DNA of 64,000 bases, from contig QHUU01000054.1 in NCBI GenBank assembly GCA_003222155.1, positions 65,612 to 129,611 on the forward strand, in the 5' to 3' direction. A program made the translations under genes and the position numbers. Positions 27,146 through 35,960 of this stretch are shown here, piece by piece (within the stretch, counting starts at the first letter, position 1; the number at the start of each line of letters is the position of its first letter). This stretch comes from Gemmatimonadota bacterium (GTDB lineage: Bacteria; Gemmatimonadota; Gemmatimonadetes; Gemmatimonadales; GWC2-71-9). The notes beneath the pieces were generated by a model. That model ran no database searches. It saw only the letters and a list, made by a program, of their open reading frames with translations, and was not told the origin of the DNA.

Positions 27146-28012
27146 ATGGTCGTCGAGCGTCGCTTGTCCATCATCGTCTCCGCAGCCGTGGCGTTCGCGT
27201 TGCTGACCGTGCTGTGGAATGCCTTCATGCGGCCGGCGCATCGCGTGCGTGCCGGTCCCGCGCCCGACGCGCCCCTGGTGCTCGTTCCCACGGACAGCGC
27301 CACCGCCGCGCGCGACAGTGCGGCCCGCGCGACGTCGTCCCCCCCTGGCGCCGCCCCCGTCGCGCCCACGTCCCTGTCGCCCGCCCCCCCGCCCCCGGCC
27401 GACCCCGGTGGCCCGAGCTACATGGTGCTGCTCGCACGCTCCGAGATCCGCCGTCGCATCCGGGCGAGCGCGGGGCTCACCTACTTGAACGACATCGTGG
27501 CCGCCAGCGCGGACTCGGCGTTGCATCGCTGGGACAACCGCACGACGCCTCCGGTGCGCGTCTTCCTGACCGCGGCCACGGTCGCGAACTTCCAGCCCGC
27601 GTTCCTCGATGCCGTCCGTGGCGCCTTCGAGCGCTGGGGGGAGGCGGGGGTGCCCGTGCGCTTCGCGCTCGACGCCGATTCGGCTTCCGCGGAAGTGCGG
27701 TTCCAGTGGCGCATCCAGTTCGAAGGCGAGCGGACGGGGCAGACCGACCTCGAGTGGGACGAGGACGGGCGGCTGACGGGCGGCGTGGTGACGCTCGCGA
27801 CCTTCGATCCCAAGGGGCAGCCGCTCGGCCCGGACGACGTGCGCGTGATGGCGATGCACGAGATCGGACACCTCATCGGCCTCGATCATTCCCACGATCC
27901 CGGCGACCTCATGTATGCGGCGCCGAAGGTGCGGGAGCTGTCGCCGCGAGACATCGCCACGGCCTTGCTCCTGTACCAGCTCGCGCCCGGCCCGCTCCGC
28001 GTGGGCGGCTGA
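27146..28012 (+). CDS. Membrane-anchored matrixin-like zinc metalloprotease (M10)
   Basis: N-terminal TM, Pro-rich linker, zinc site HEIGHLIGLDHS followed by a Met-turn (DLMY). Confidence 0.8.
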   Translation: MVVERRLSIIVSAAVAFALLTVLWNAFMRPAHRVRAGPAPDAPLVLVPTDSATAARDSAARATSSPPGAAPVAPTSLSPAPPPPADPGGPSYMVLLARSEIRRRIRASAGLTYLNDIVAASADSALHRWDNRTTPPVRVFLTAATVANFQPAFLDAVRGAFERWGEAGVPVRFALDADSASAEVRFQWRIQFEGERTGQTDLEWDEDGRLTGGVVTLATFDPKGQPLGPDDVRVMAMHEIGHLIGLDHSHDPGDLMYAAPKVRELSPRDIATALLLYQLAPGPLRVGG

Positions 28013-28062
28013 GTCCGCGCCGATCGGGCTATATTGATGAAAGGGAGGCAGGCGGCAGGTCT

Positions 28063-29166
28063 ATGACGCACCGCGGCATCGTCTCGTTGCTCACACATGC
28101 AGCACCCGACGGGGGGGCCGCGACGCTGTCCCAGGCCCTCGACGCCAGGGTGCGCGAGGGCGAGCTGGTCGAGCGGCTGCCGGACGGCGCAGTTCGCTGC
28201 TTCGCTTGCGGGCATCGCTGTCTCGTCAAACCGGGTCGGCGCGGCATCTGCAAGGTGCGCTTCAATAAGGACGGAACCCTGTACGCCCCCGCCGGATACG
28301 TTGCCGCGTTGCAGTGCGATCCCACCGAGAAGAAGCCGTTCTTCCATGCCCTCCCCGGGTCGGACACGCTCACGTTCGGCATGCTGGGGTGCGACTTCCA
28401 TTGCGGCTATTGCCAGAACTGGCTCACCAGCCAGGCGTTGCGCGACGCCGCCGCGGGAGTGCGCCCGACGGACGTGACGCCCGACGGCCTGGTGCGGCTG
28501 GCGCTGCGCCACGGGGCCCGGCTCGTCGGCTCGTCGTACAACGAGCCGCTCATCACGGCGGAATGGGCGGTGGACGTGTTCAAGGTGGCGAAAGCAAGCG
28601 GCTTGAAGACGGCGTTCATCTCCAACGGCAACGCCACGTCCGAGGTGCTCGACTACATCCGTCCCTGGACCGACTGTTACAAGATCGACCTCAAGGCGAT
28701 GGACGACCGGCGATACCGCGAGCTCGGCGGCGTGCTCCAGCACGTGCTCGACGCAATCCGACTGGTGTACGAGCGCGGCTTCTGGCTCGAGGTCGTGACG
28801 CTCGTCGTGCCCGGCTTCAACGACGACACCGACCAGCTCGAGCGCGCCGCCGACTATATCGTCTCGGTGAGCCCCGAGATCCCATGGCACGTCACCGCGT
28901 TCCACAAGGACTACCGCATGACCGACCCGGACAACACCACCCCGGAGCTGCTCGTCCGGGCCTGTGAGATCGGGTCGGCGGCGGGCCTCAACTTCGTCTA
29001 CGCCGGGAACGCCCCGGGCCGGGTGGGCCGCTGGGAGAACACCTGGTGTCCCGATTGTGGCGATCTGCTGATCGAGCGGACGGGGTACGTGATCACGCGG
29101 CAGCGGGTCGGCGCGGACGGCCGCTGCCCCGCCTGCGGGCGGCGCATCCCGGGCGTGTGGTGCTAG
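28063..29166 (+). CDS. AmmeMemoRadiSam-system-type radical SAM enzyme
   Basis: N-terminal Cys cluster CFACGHRC...GICKVR, DPTEKKPFFH, radical SAM CDFHCGYCQNW, C-terminal CPDCG...CPACG. Confidence 0.85.
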   Translation: MTHRGIVSLLTHAAPDGGAATLSQALDARVREGELVERLPDGAVRCFACGHRCLVKPGRRGICKVRFNKDGTLYAPAGYVAALQCDPTEKKPFFHALPGSDTLTFGMLGCDFHCGYCQNWLTSQALRDAAAGVRPTDVTPDGLVRLALRHGARLVGSSYNEPLITAEWAVDVFKVAKASGLKTAFISNGNATSEVLDYIRPWTDCYKIDLKAMDDRRYRELGGVLQHVLDAIRLVYERGFWLEVVTLVVPGFNDDTDQLERAADYIVSVSPEIPWHVTAFHKDYRMTDPDNTTPELLVRACEIGSAAGLNFVYAGNAPGRVGRWENTWCPDCGDLLIERTGYVITRQRVGADGRCPACGRRIPGVWC

Positions 29167-30308
29167 GACTGGTTTTCCTCCTACAAGCGGCGTCGGCGGC
29201 ACCCGCGCGGCCCTCGTTCGGCGCCGCGAGCTTCGACCCGCCGGTGTTGGATGGCATCCGCCAGGGGGCCTACCCCGGCGCCGCGCTGGTCGTGGGGCGG
29301 CGCGACACGGTGCTGTTCGCCAAGGGCTACGGGCACCTCACCTGGTCGGCTACGAGTCGTGCCGTCGATCCCGAGAGCACGATGTACGACCTGGCGTCGC
29401 TCACCAAGGTGATCGCGACCACCCCCGCCCTGATGCTCCTCGTCGAGCGCGGGCGCGTGCGCCTCGACGCGCCGGTCGCGACCTATCTGCCGGAGCTCCA
29501 GGCAACGCCGACGGCCCGCGTCACCGTGCGCCAGCTGCTCGCCCACACCTCCGGTCTGCGGGCGGACATCCCGGACCCCGAGCTCAAGGCGCTCCGCGAC
29601 AGCGCGGCCGTGATGCGACGCGTCTTGTCCGAAGCGCCTCGGGTGGCGCCCGGCACGCGGGTGATCTACAGCGACTTGAACGCGATCCTGCTGGGCGCCG
29701 TGGTGCATCGCGTCGTCGGGGAGCCGTTGGACGCCTTCGCCACGCGCGAGGTCTTCGCCCCGCTGGGACTCGGGTCTACGATGTTCCGCCCCCCCGTACG
29801 CCTCAGGCCCCGGATCGCCCCGACCGGCGTATGGCGAGGGCATCCGGTGGCGGGCGTCGTGAACGACGGCAGTGCGTTCAAACTGCGGGGTGTGTCCGGC
29901 AATGCGGGCCTGTTCGCCACGGCGACGGACGTGGCGCGCTTCGCGCAGTTCATGCTGCGCGAGGGCGTGCTGCCGGACGGGCGGCGGCTGCTCGAGCAGG
30001 CGACCATCCGGCTGTTTACGACGAAAACCGCCGACTTCGGACGCGGGAGCGAGGCGCGTGCCCTCGGCTGGCAGGCGCTGCCGACCGGGGAGAATGTGTC
30101 GAGCGCGGGAACGCGCTTCGGGCCACGCAGCTACGGCCACACCGGGTGGACCGGCACGTCGTTGTGGATCGATCCGGACCGCGATCTGTTCGTCGTCCTG
30201 CTCACCAACCGCGCGTACGCGCCGCGCGCCCGCCGCCCGTTCACGATCCTGAAGGGCGTGCGCGGGCGCATCGCGGACGCGGCGGCTCGAGCCTCCGATG
30301 CGCCCTGA
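29157..30308 (+). CDS. Serine hydrolase of the beta-lactamase fold (class C / esterase-like)
   Basis: SxxK motif SLTKV, plus YSD and HTGWTGT. GTG start chosen at 29157 with a signal-like N-terminus; the track ORF starts at 29046 inside the radical SAM gene. Confidence 0.82.
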   Translation: MVLGLVFLLQAASAAPARPSFGAASFDPPVLDGIRQGAYPGAALVVGRRDTVLFAKGYGHLTWSATSRAVDPESTMYDLASLTKVIATTPALMLLVERGRVRLDAPVATYLPELQATPTARVTVRQLLAHTSGLRADIPDPELKALRDSAAVMRRVLSEAPRVAPGTRVIYSDLNAILLGAVVHRVVGEPLDAFATREVFAPLGLGSTMFRPPVRLRPRIAPTGVWRGHPVAGVVNDGSAFKLRGVSGNAGLFATATDVARFAQFMLREGVLPDGRRLLEQATIRLFTTKTADFGRGSEARALGWQALPTGENVSSAGTRFGPRSYGHTGWTGTSLWIDPDRDLFVVLLTNRAYAPRARRPFTILKGVRGRIADAAARASDAP

Positions 30309-30669
30309 CCAGGCCACCCTGATTTACGACGGCGAGTGCGGCTTCTGCCGGGAGGCGGCGGATCTGGTGCGGCGCTGGGACCGGGAACAGCGGATTGCCC
30401 TGGTCCCGTTCCAGGATCAGACGCGGGTGGCGACGTTCGGCATTCCGCTTCCCGCCCTCGCGGCGGCGATGCACCTGGTGCTTCCGCCGCCGGACGGCCG
30501 GGTGTTCGCGGGCGCGGACGCGGCGCCGGAGATCCTCCGCTTGCTGCCACGGCGCCGCTGGCTGGCGTGGCCGTTCCGGCTGCCGGGGGTGCTGCCGCTC
30601 GCGCGCCGTCTGTACGGCTGGATCGCGCGGCGCCGCCGTTGCCTGGTGCGCGGCTACGCGGCCCGCTAG
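30298..30669 (+). CDS. DCC-family thiol-disulfide oxidoreductase (DUF393)
   Basis: LIYDGECGFCREAADLVRRWD. Confidence 0.85.
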   Translation: MRPDQATLIYDGECGFCREAADLVRRWDREQRIALVPFQDQTRVATFGIPLPALAAAMHLVLPPPDGRVFAGADAAPEILRLLPRRRWLAWPFRLPGVLPLARRLYGWIARRRRCLVRGYAAR

Positions 30670-30701
30670 GTTCGGAACGAGGAGACGGAAGGAGCTGGTT
30701 G

Positions 30702-31013
30702 ATGACCGTGCCGGCGGAACTCACGCAAGAGTCGGTGCGTCAGGCGCTGCGCCAGGTGAAAGATCCCGAGCTCGATATGAACATCATCGACCTCGGCCTG
30801 GTGTACGACGTCGAGATCGCGGGGGGCGACGTGCGCGTGAATATGACCCTTACCTCGCCGGGCTGCCCCGCGGGTCCGATGATCACCAACGACGCCTACC
30901 GGGTGCTCCGTGGGCTCGAGGGGGTGAAGGACGTAGACATCGAGATCGTGTGGGAGCCGTATTGGAGTCCCGAGCGGATGGACCCCAAAGTGCGGGCGCT
31001 GATGGGCCTCTAG
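30702..31013 (+). CDS. DUF59 / SufT-like Fe-S assembly protein
   Basis: VKDPELDMNIIDLGLVYDV...LTSPGCP. GGAGCT/GGAAGGAG upstream. Confidence 0.85.
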   Translation: MTVPAELTQESVRQALRQVKDPELDMNIIDLGLVYDVEIAGGDVRVNMTLTSPGCPAGPMITNDAYRVLRGLEGVKDVDIEIVWEPYWSPERMDPKVRALMGL

Positions 31014-31019
31014 CGCGCC

Positions 31020-32150
31020 CTAGCCGAGCGCCGCCAACAGCGCGTCTCCCAGCGCTGCTATCTGCCACCGCCGGAGCTCCCCGATTCGGGCGAGCCCGGC
31101 GCGGTCGTTTGGGAGGGGTGCGGCGCGCGCGACGGCCTCGAGCGTCGAGCGGCCGCACAGCACGCCGGGGTCGAGGCCGAGCTCCTGGGCGACGCGGTTG
31201 CGGGCGGCCTTGAGACGCTCGACGCGCGCCTCGACGCTCGGGTCACGTGGCGTCCGCGGGGTGCGCTCCACGTGCGGCAGGTCCGCCTCGTCGAGGTCGA
31301 GTGTGCGGCGCACGGCATCCAGCAGGGCGGCGCCGTGGCGCGCGCCCAGCGCGGGGGGTACCTGGTCCACCTGCTCCAGCTCCGCGTGCGACCGTGGCAG
31401 GGCGCGGGCCACCGCGAGCAGCGCGTCGTTTCCGATGATGCGGAACGTCGCCCGGTCCTGCTCCGCCGCCACCGTCTCGCGCCAGCGATACAGCTCCCGC
31501 AGCGCCGCCAGCTGGCGCGGTGGCAGCACCTTCGCACCCTTGACGCGGAGAAACGCGTCCGGGCTGGCGCCGTCCGAGGTCCCGGTCCAGCGCAAGTCCT
31601 CGAGACGGGTGAACTCCTCTTCGGCCCACGTGAGCCGCTGCAGAGCCGCGAGGCGGGAGCGCAGCGCCTCGCGCAGCGCCGGCAGGTGCTGCGTGTCGGC
31701 GGCGGCGTACGCGAGCATCGCGGGGGGCAGCGGCCGGCGCGACCAGTCGGCCTTCTGGTGCTCCTTGGCGAGCCTCACGCCCACGTACTTTTCGAGCAGC
31801 GCGGCGAGCCCGACCGCTGGCTCGCCCGCGAGCTGGGCGGCGATACGGGTGTCGAACAGCCGGCGCGCCCGGAAGCCGTAGTCGCGGTCCAGGATCCGCA
31901 GGTCGTAGTCGGCATCGTGGAAGATCTTCTCGACCTGCGGGTCATCGAGCAGCCCGCCCACGGGCGAGAGGTCGGCGATCGCGAGCGGGTCGATGATCGC
32001 CGTCAGCGTCGGGCTCGATAGCTGGACCAGATAGATTCGGTCGCGGTAGCGATGAAAGCTCGCCGCCTCGGTGTCGGCGGCGACGAGCGGCTCGCGCCGC
32101 AGCGTCGCGACGGCGTCGGCGAGCTCCGCGGGCGTACGGATGTAGGTCAC
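31020..32150 (-). CDS. rnd: Ribonuclease D (DEDDy exonuclease plus HRDC)
   Basis: VAADTEA, KIFHDADYDLRIL, YAAADTQHL, C-terminal HRDC-like region. GTG at 32150. The upstream remainder of track ORF 31020-33290 is antisense to the PLP enzyme gene. Confidence 0.88.
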   Translation of the reverse strand: MTYIRTPAELADAVATLRREPLVAADTEAASFHRYRDRIYLVQLSSPTLTAIIDPLAIADLSPVGGLLDDPQVEKIFHDADYDLRILDRDYGFRARRLFDTRIAAQLAGEPAVGLAALLEKYVGVRLAKEHQKADWSRRPLPPAMLAYAAADTQHLPALREALRSRLAALQRLTWAEEEFTRLEDLRWTGTSDGASPDAFLRVKGAKVLPPRQLAALRELYRWRETVAAEQDRATFRIIGNDALLAVARALPRSHAELEQVDQVPPALGARHGAALLDAVRRTLDLDEADLPHVERTPRTPRDPSVEARVERLKAARNRVAQELGLDPGVLCGRSTLEAVARAAPLPNDRAGLARIGELRRWQIAALGDALLAALG

Positions 32151-32329
32151 TCTTGCTTGCTGAGCGCGTCCAGGCCCGCGGCGATCTCCTCCAGCGCCTT
32201 GGCGAGGGTCTTGTAGAATTCGGCGTCTGGCGGCTGGGAGGGAGGCGGGCCCCCGAGCGGGTCGCCCGCGTACTTGCGGGCGGCGCGCGCGGCGTGGCGG
32301 ATGTAGTCGGTGGCAACCTGCATCGGCAT
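32147..32329 (-). CDS. Small hypothetical protein (60 aa), possibly coupled to rnd
   Basis: The stop overlaps the rnd GTG (GTGA at 32147-32150). No recognisable family. Confidence 0.35.
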   Translation of the reverse strand: MPMQVATDYIRHAARAARKYAGDPLGGPPPSQPPDAEFYKTLAKALEEIAAGLDALSKQE

Positions 32330-33308
32330 CCTCGGGATCGGGGTCCAGGTGTCTGATCCGGCGCTGCTCAGTCAAAAGATACGCGCGGCGCTCGCGCCCT
32401 GTCGCCTTGGCGCGTGGCCCACGCCGCTCGAGCCGGCGCCCGCGCTGGCACGCGCGCTCGGCGTGGCGGGGCTCTGCCTCAAGCGCGAAGACCGGGCCGC
32501 GGCGCAGGGCGGCGGCAATAAAGTGCGCGGGCTCGAGTTCCTGCTGGCCGGCGTCTCCCCGGGAACGGTGTTCGTCACAGCGGGCGGCACGGGCTCGACG
32601 CACTGCCTCGGCACCGCGGTGCACGCGGCCGCTCTGGGACACCGCACCGTGCTGGCGCAGTTCCGCCAGCCCGACACCGTCGAGAGCCGCGCCGTCGCCG
32701 CGGCCTGCGCCCGGCGGGCCGCGCTGATCGTACACGCGCGCGGACCCGCGACCCTTCCACTCGCCGTGCTGGCCGCTTGGCGGCGCGCCGGCACGCTCGG
32801 CGTGCGGCGTTGGATTCCCGGCGGCGGGGCCCATCCGCGAGCGGTGGTGGGACAGTTTCTCGCGGGATTGGAGCTCCCCACCCAAATGGCCGAGCCCCCG
32901 GACGCCATCGTCCTCCCCCTGGGCACAGGCGGGACTGCCGCAGGGGTGACCCTGGCGGTCACCGCACTCGGCTGGCCGACCCGGGTCGTCGGCGTCCGGG
33001 TGGCGCCAAGGATCGTGGCCAATCGCTGGCGGACGATGTCGCTGGCGCTGCGGGCCGCACGCCTGCTCGCACGGCATCGCATCCGCATCGCGTTTCCCGG
33101 TTCCCGTTTCCCCCTGGTGGTAGTGGATGGGCTGGGGCGGGGCTACGGCCACCCCACGCCGGAAGGGGAGGCGGCGGGTCGGCTCGCCTCCGAACACGGG
33201 CTGACCCTGGATGCCACATACGGCGCCAAGGCCTTCGCCCACCTCATGCGACTGGCCAGTGGCGACGTGCAACGCGTCGTTTTTTGGCATACGTTTGCTC
33301 TCCCATGA
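32310..33308 (+). CDS. PLP-dependent enzyme of the ACC deaminase / D-cysteine desulfhydrase family
   Basis: LKREDRAAAQGGGNKVRGLEFLL (PLP-lysine motif). Start uncertain; an alternative GTG is at 32349. Confidence 0.82.
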   Translation: MATCIGILGIGVQVSDPALLSQKIRAALAPCRLGAWPTPLEPAPALARALGVAGLCLKREDRAAAQGGGNKVRGLEFLLAGVSPGTVFVTAGGTGSTHCLGTAVHAAALGHRTVLAQFRQPDTVESRAVAAACARRAALIVHARGPATLPLAVLAAWRRAGTLGVRRWIPGGGAHPRAVVGQFLAGLELPTQMAEPPDAIVLPLGTGGTAAGVTLAVTALGWPTRVVGVRVAPRIVANRWRTMSLALRAARLLARHRIRIAFPGSRFPLVVVDGLGRGYGHPTPEGEAAGRLASEHGLTLDATYGAKAFAHLMRLASGDVQRVVFWHTFALP

Positions 33309-34516
33309 CTCCGTTCCCGACCGTCGAGCTGACCGTCTATCCGTACGAATGCGACGCGTTCGGCCATTTGAACCAGGCCGCCCTGCTGACGCTGCTCGAG
33401 CGGGCCCGTTGGGATGCGCTGGCTCGTGGACCGGGGATGGATCTGTTCGAGCGCAACGGCGTTTGGCCGGCCGTGCGCAAGGCGGTCGTCGAGTACAAGG
33501 CAGCGGCCTTGTCCCGGGACGTGCTGCGCATCGAGACGACGGTCACCCACCGGGGCACGACCAGCCTCACGCTGCGCCACGCCGTCCGGCGTCTCGCCGA
33601 CGACGTGCTCGTGGCCGAAGCGGAGATGGTCTTCGTCTGCATCGACCGCATCGGGCGCGCGACCCCGATTCCGGAGGAGATCGTCCGGTTTCTCGGGCCC
33701 CGGTCCTCGGGCGGCCACGCTCCCGTCCGGGTGCCCGCAGGCGACGTGGAGCTCGGCGTCGACGTGCGAGGCGAGGGTGAGCCCGTGCTGTTGGTGCACG
33801 GCTTCCCGTTCGACCACACGGTATGGCGTCACCAGCTCGCTACGCTGTCGCGCGTCAAACGTATCGCGCCCGATCTGCGCGGCGTGGGTGCCTCGGGCGC
33901 GCCCGCGAGCGACGGCTATACCCTGGCCCGCTACGCGGACGACCTCGTGGCCGTGCTCGACGCACTCGGCATCGGGGCGGCGGTGGTGTGCGGCTTGTCG
34001 ATGGGCGGGTACGTCGTCTTCGAGCTGCTGCGGCGTCATCCCGAGCGGGTCCGGGCAATCGTCCTGGCGGACACGAAGGCGGAGGCGGACTCCGAGGAAG
34101 GGAAGCGCGCCCGGGACGAGCTCGCGGCGGTCGCCGAGCAGCAGGGGCAGGACGCCGTGACCGATCGACTGCTGCCGCGCCTGCTCGCCCCCGCCACGCT
34201 CGCCACGCAGCCGGAAGTGGCGACACAGGTGCGCGAGATGGCGCGCCGCTGGACCGTGCCCGGGTTGGTCGGCGCGCTGCGCGTGCTGCGCGACCGGCCC
34301 GATTCGACCGCCACGCTCCGTGCCGTGCGCGTCCCGACGCTCATCGTGGTGGGCCAGGACGACCAGGTGTCGCCCCCCGACGCTGCCCACGCCATGGCGG
34401 CGCTCATCCCCGGCGCCCGATGTCACCTGATCCCTGCGGCGGGCCACCTCGCGCCGCTCGAGCAGCCACTCGCCACCGGTCGGCTGCTGGCCGATTTTCT
34501 GAGCGGTCTGCCCTGA
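33305..34516 (+). CDS. Fusion protein: hotdog-fold acyl-CoA thioesterase (YbgC-like) plus alpha/beta hydrolase
   Basis: N-terminal YPYECDAFGHLNQAALL. C-terminal LLVHGFPFD, nucleophile elbow GLSMGG, AGHLAPLEQP. The ATG overlaps the upstream TGA (ATGA). Confidence 0.85.
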   Translation: MTPFPTVELTVYPYECDAFGHLNQAALLTLLERARWDALARGPGMDLFERNGVWPAVRKAVVEYKAAALSRDVLRIETTVTHRGTTSLTLRHAVRRLADDVLVAEAEMVFVCIDRIGRATPIPEEIVRFLGPRSSGGHAPVRVPAGDVELGVDVRGEGEPVLLVHGFPFDHTVWRHQLATLSRVKRIAPDLRGVGASGAPASDGYTLARYADDLVAVLDALGIGAAVVCGLSMGGYVVFELLRRHPERVRAIVLADTKAEADSEEGKRARDELAAVAEQQGQDAVTDRLLPRLLAPATLATQPEVATQVREMARRWTVPGLVGALRVLRDRPDSTATLRAVRVPTLIVVGQDDQVSPPDAAHAMAALIPGARCHLIPAAGHLAPLEQPLATGRLLADFLSGLP

Positions 34517-34556
34517 AAAACGAGAACCCCGGGCTGTCGGGCCCGGGGTCGGTTCT
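34516..34556 (-). terminator. Hairpin terminator downstream of the ferredoxin gene (shared with the convergent hydrolase gene)
   Basis: CCCCGGGC (34527-34534) pairs with GCCCGGGG (34541-34548). The minus strand then reads TTCTCGTTTTT. Confidence 0.5.
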
Positions 34557-34827
34557 ACGATCCCTTGCGCTGCGGCTTACCAGGCGGGCTCGCACCCTGG
34601 AACACGTCCCGGTTCTTCGCGATGTAAGACTTCCACTGCGGCGGCGTGTCCTCTTCGGGAAATATTGCCGTGACGGGGCATTCCGGCTCGCAGGCGCCGC
34701 AGTCGATGCACTCGTCCGGGTGGATGTACAGCTGGTCTTCCCCCTCGTAGATGCAGTCCACGGGGCACACATCCACACACGATCGGTCTTTTAGGTTGAT
34801 GCACGGCTCTGCAATGATGTACGTCAT
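34555..34827 (-). CDS. Ferredoxin with two Cys clusters (7Fe FdxA-like)
   Basis: CVDVCPVDC and [12 protein letters not shown]. Confidence 0.92.
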   Translation of the reverse strand: MTYIIAEPCINLKDRSCVDVCPVDCIYEGEDQLYIHPDECIDCGACEPECPVTAIFPEEDTPPQWKSYIAKNRDVFQGASPPGKPQRKGS

Positions 34828-34915
34828 CCCGGCGCTCCAATGGATTCACGGCCGAACGGCAAACATAGTCGATTAGGGCCCAGTGCAGTCAAGTCCCGCG
34901 CGCGCATTCGGTTGT

Positions 34916-35950
34916 CTACCGGGCGCCGGTCGGAACGGCGCTCCAGCTCAGGAGCGACAGAACGACCACGAGCACGCCGTACTGCACGAGGATGGTCGGA
35001 TCGGGTTGATCCGCCGCTTCGGCGAAGCCGGCGCTCGCCACCGCGGCGATGCCGAGCAGGGCCAGCAGCCCCTCGCCGGTGAGAAGCCACATCGAGCCGA
35101 TCACTGCTGCGGCGATCCAACGCTGGCCCCGGGTGAGTGCCCGGAATCCCCGCCCTCCGTCGAGTTGCCACACCGGAAGCAGGTTGAAGAGGTTCACCCA
35201 GGCGCCGAAGTGCGCGATGGCGCCCCAGATCGCGCTCCCCGTCGCGCGGTACACACCATAGGCCACCGCTGCGGCGCCCAGGCCCCAGATCGGGCCCGCG
35301 AGTCCGACGCGCGCGTCCTCGCGTCGGTCGGCGGGATACTGCTTCAGCCGGACCACCGCGCCCACACCCGGGATGAACATCGGGGCCGTGGCCTTGATGC
35401 CGTAGCGCTGCAGCGCCTGGACGTGGCCCATCTCGTGTACGTAGATGGACAGCACGACGCCCAGCGCGAACTTCCATCCCCAGATGGTCCAATAGACGCC
35501 GGCCGAGAGCAGCATCGTGAAGAACGTGCTCGCCTTGGTGAGTCCGAGCAGGAGCAGCTTGGCCTTCGTGAGGAGGAAGACGAGGGCGAACTTGAACTTG
35601 AGCAGCAGGGCGCCCAGCGCGCCCAGTCCCGCGGCGCTCGTGCCCACGCGCGAGGTGGGCTTCGCGACGCGCGGCTCCCGATCGATGGCGCGACTCAGCT
35701 CGAGGATGCGGGCGGAGATCACCTGATGCTGGGTCGAGTCTCCGGGCAGCAGGTCGAGCGTCTCGCGCCAGGCGGCCAGCGCCGAGCTCCGGTCGCCAGC
35801 CTGCGTGGCGCGCTCTGCGGCAGCGGCCAGGCGTTTGAGTTCGTCCGCATGGACGAGGCGGTGGCAGGAAGGACACGCGAGCAGTGCGGCCGCCACGTCC
35901 GTGCCGCACTGGGGGCACCTCGACGGGGCCCCCCGAGGAGCGTCGCTCAC
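34916..35950 (-). CDS. M50 (site-2 protease family) metalloprotease with an N-terminal zinc ribbon
   Basis: CPQCG...CPSCH at the N-terminus, HEMGHV in a TM helix, and a downstream NLLPVWQLDGG motif. Confidence 0.85.
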   Translation of the reverse strand: MSDAPRGAPSRCPQCGTDVAAALLACPSCHRLVHADELKRLAAAAERATQAGDRSSALAAWRETLDLLPGDSTQHQVISARILELSRAIDREPRVAKPTSRVGTSAAGLGALGALLLKFKFALVFLLTKAKLLLLGLTKASTFFTMLLSAGVYWTIWGWKFALGVVLSIYVHEMGHVQALQRYGIKATAPMFIPGVGAVVRLKQYPADRREDARVGLAGPIWGLGAAAVAYGVYRATGSAIWGAIAHFGAWVNLFNLLPVWQLDGGRGFRALTRGQRWIAAAVIGSMWLLTGEGLLALLGIAAVASAGFAEAADQPDPTILVQYGVLVVVLSLLSWSAVPTGAR

Positions 35951-35960
35951 GGCGAGCGGA

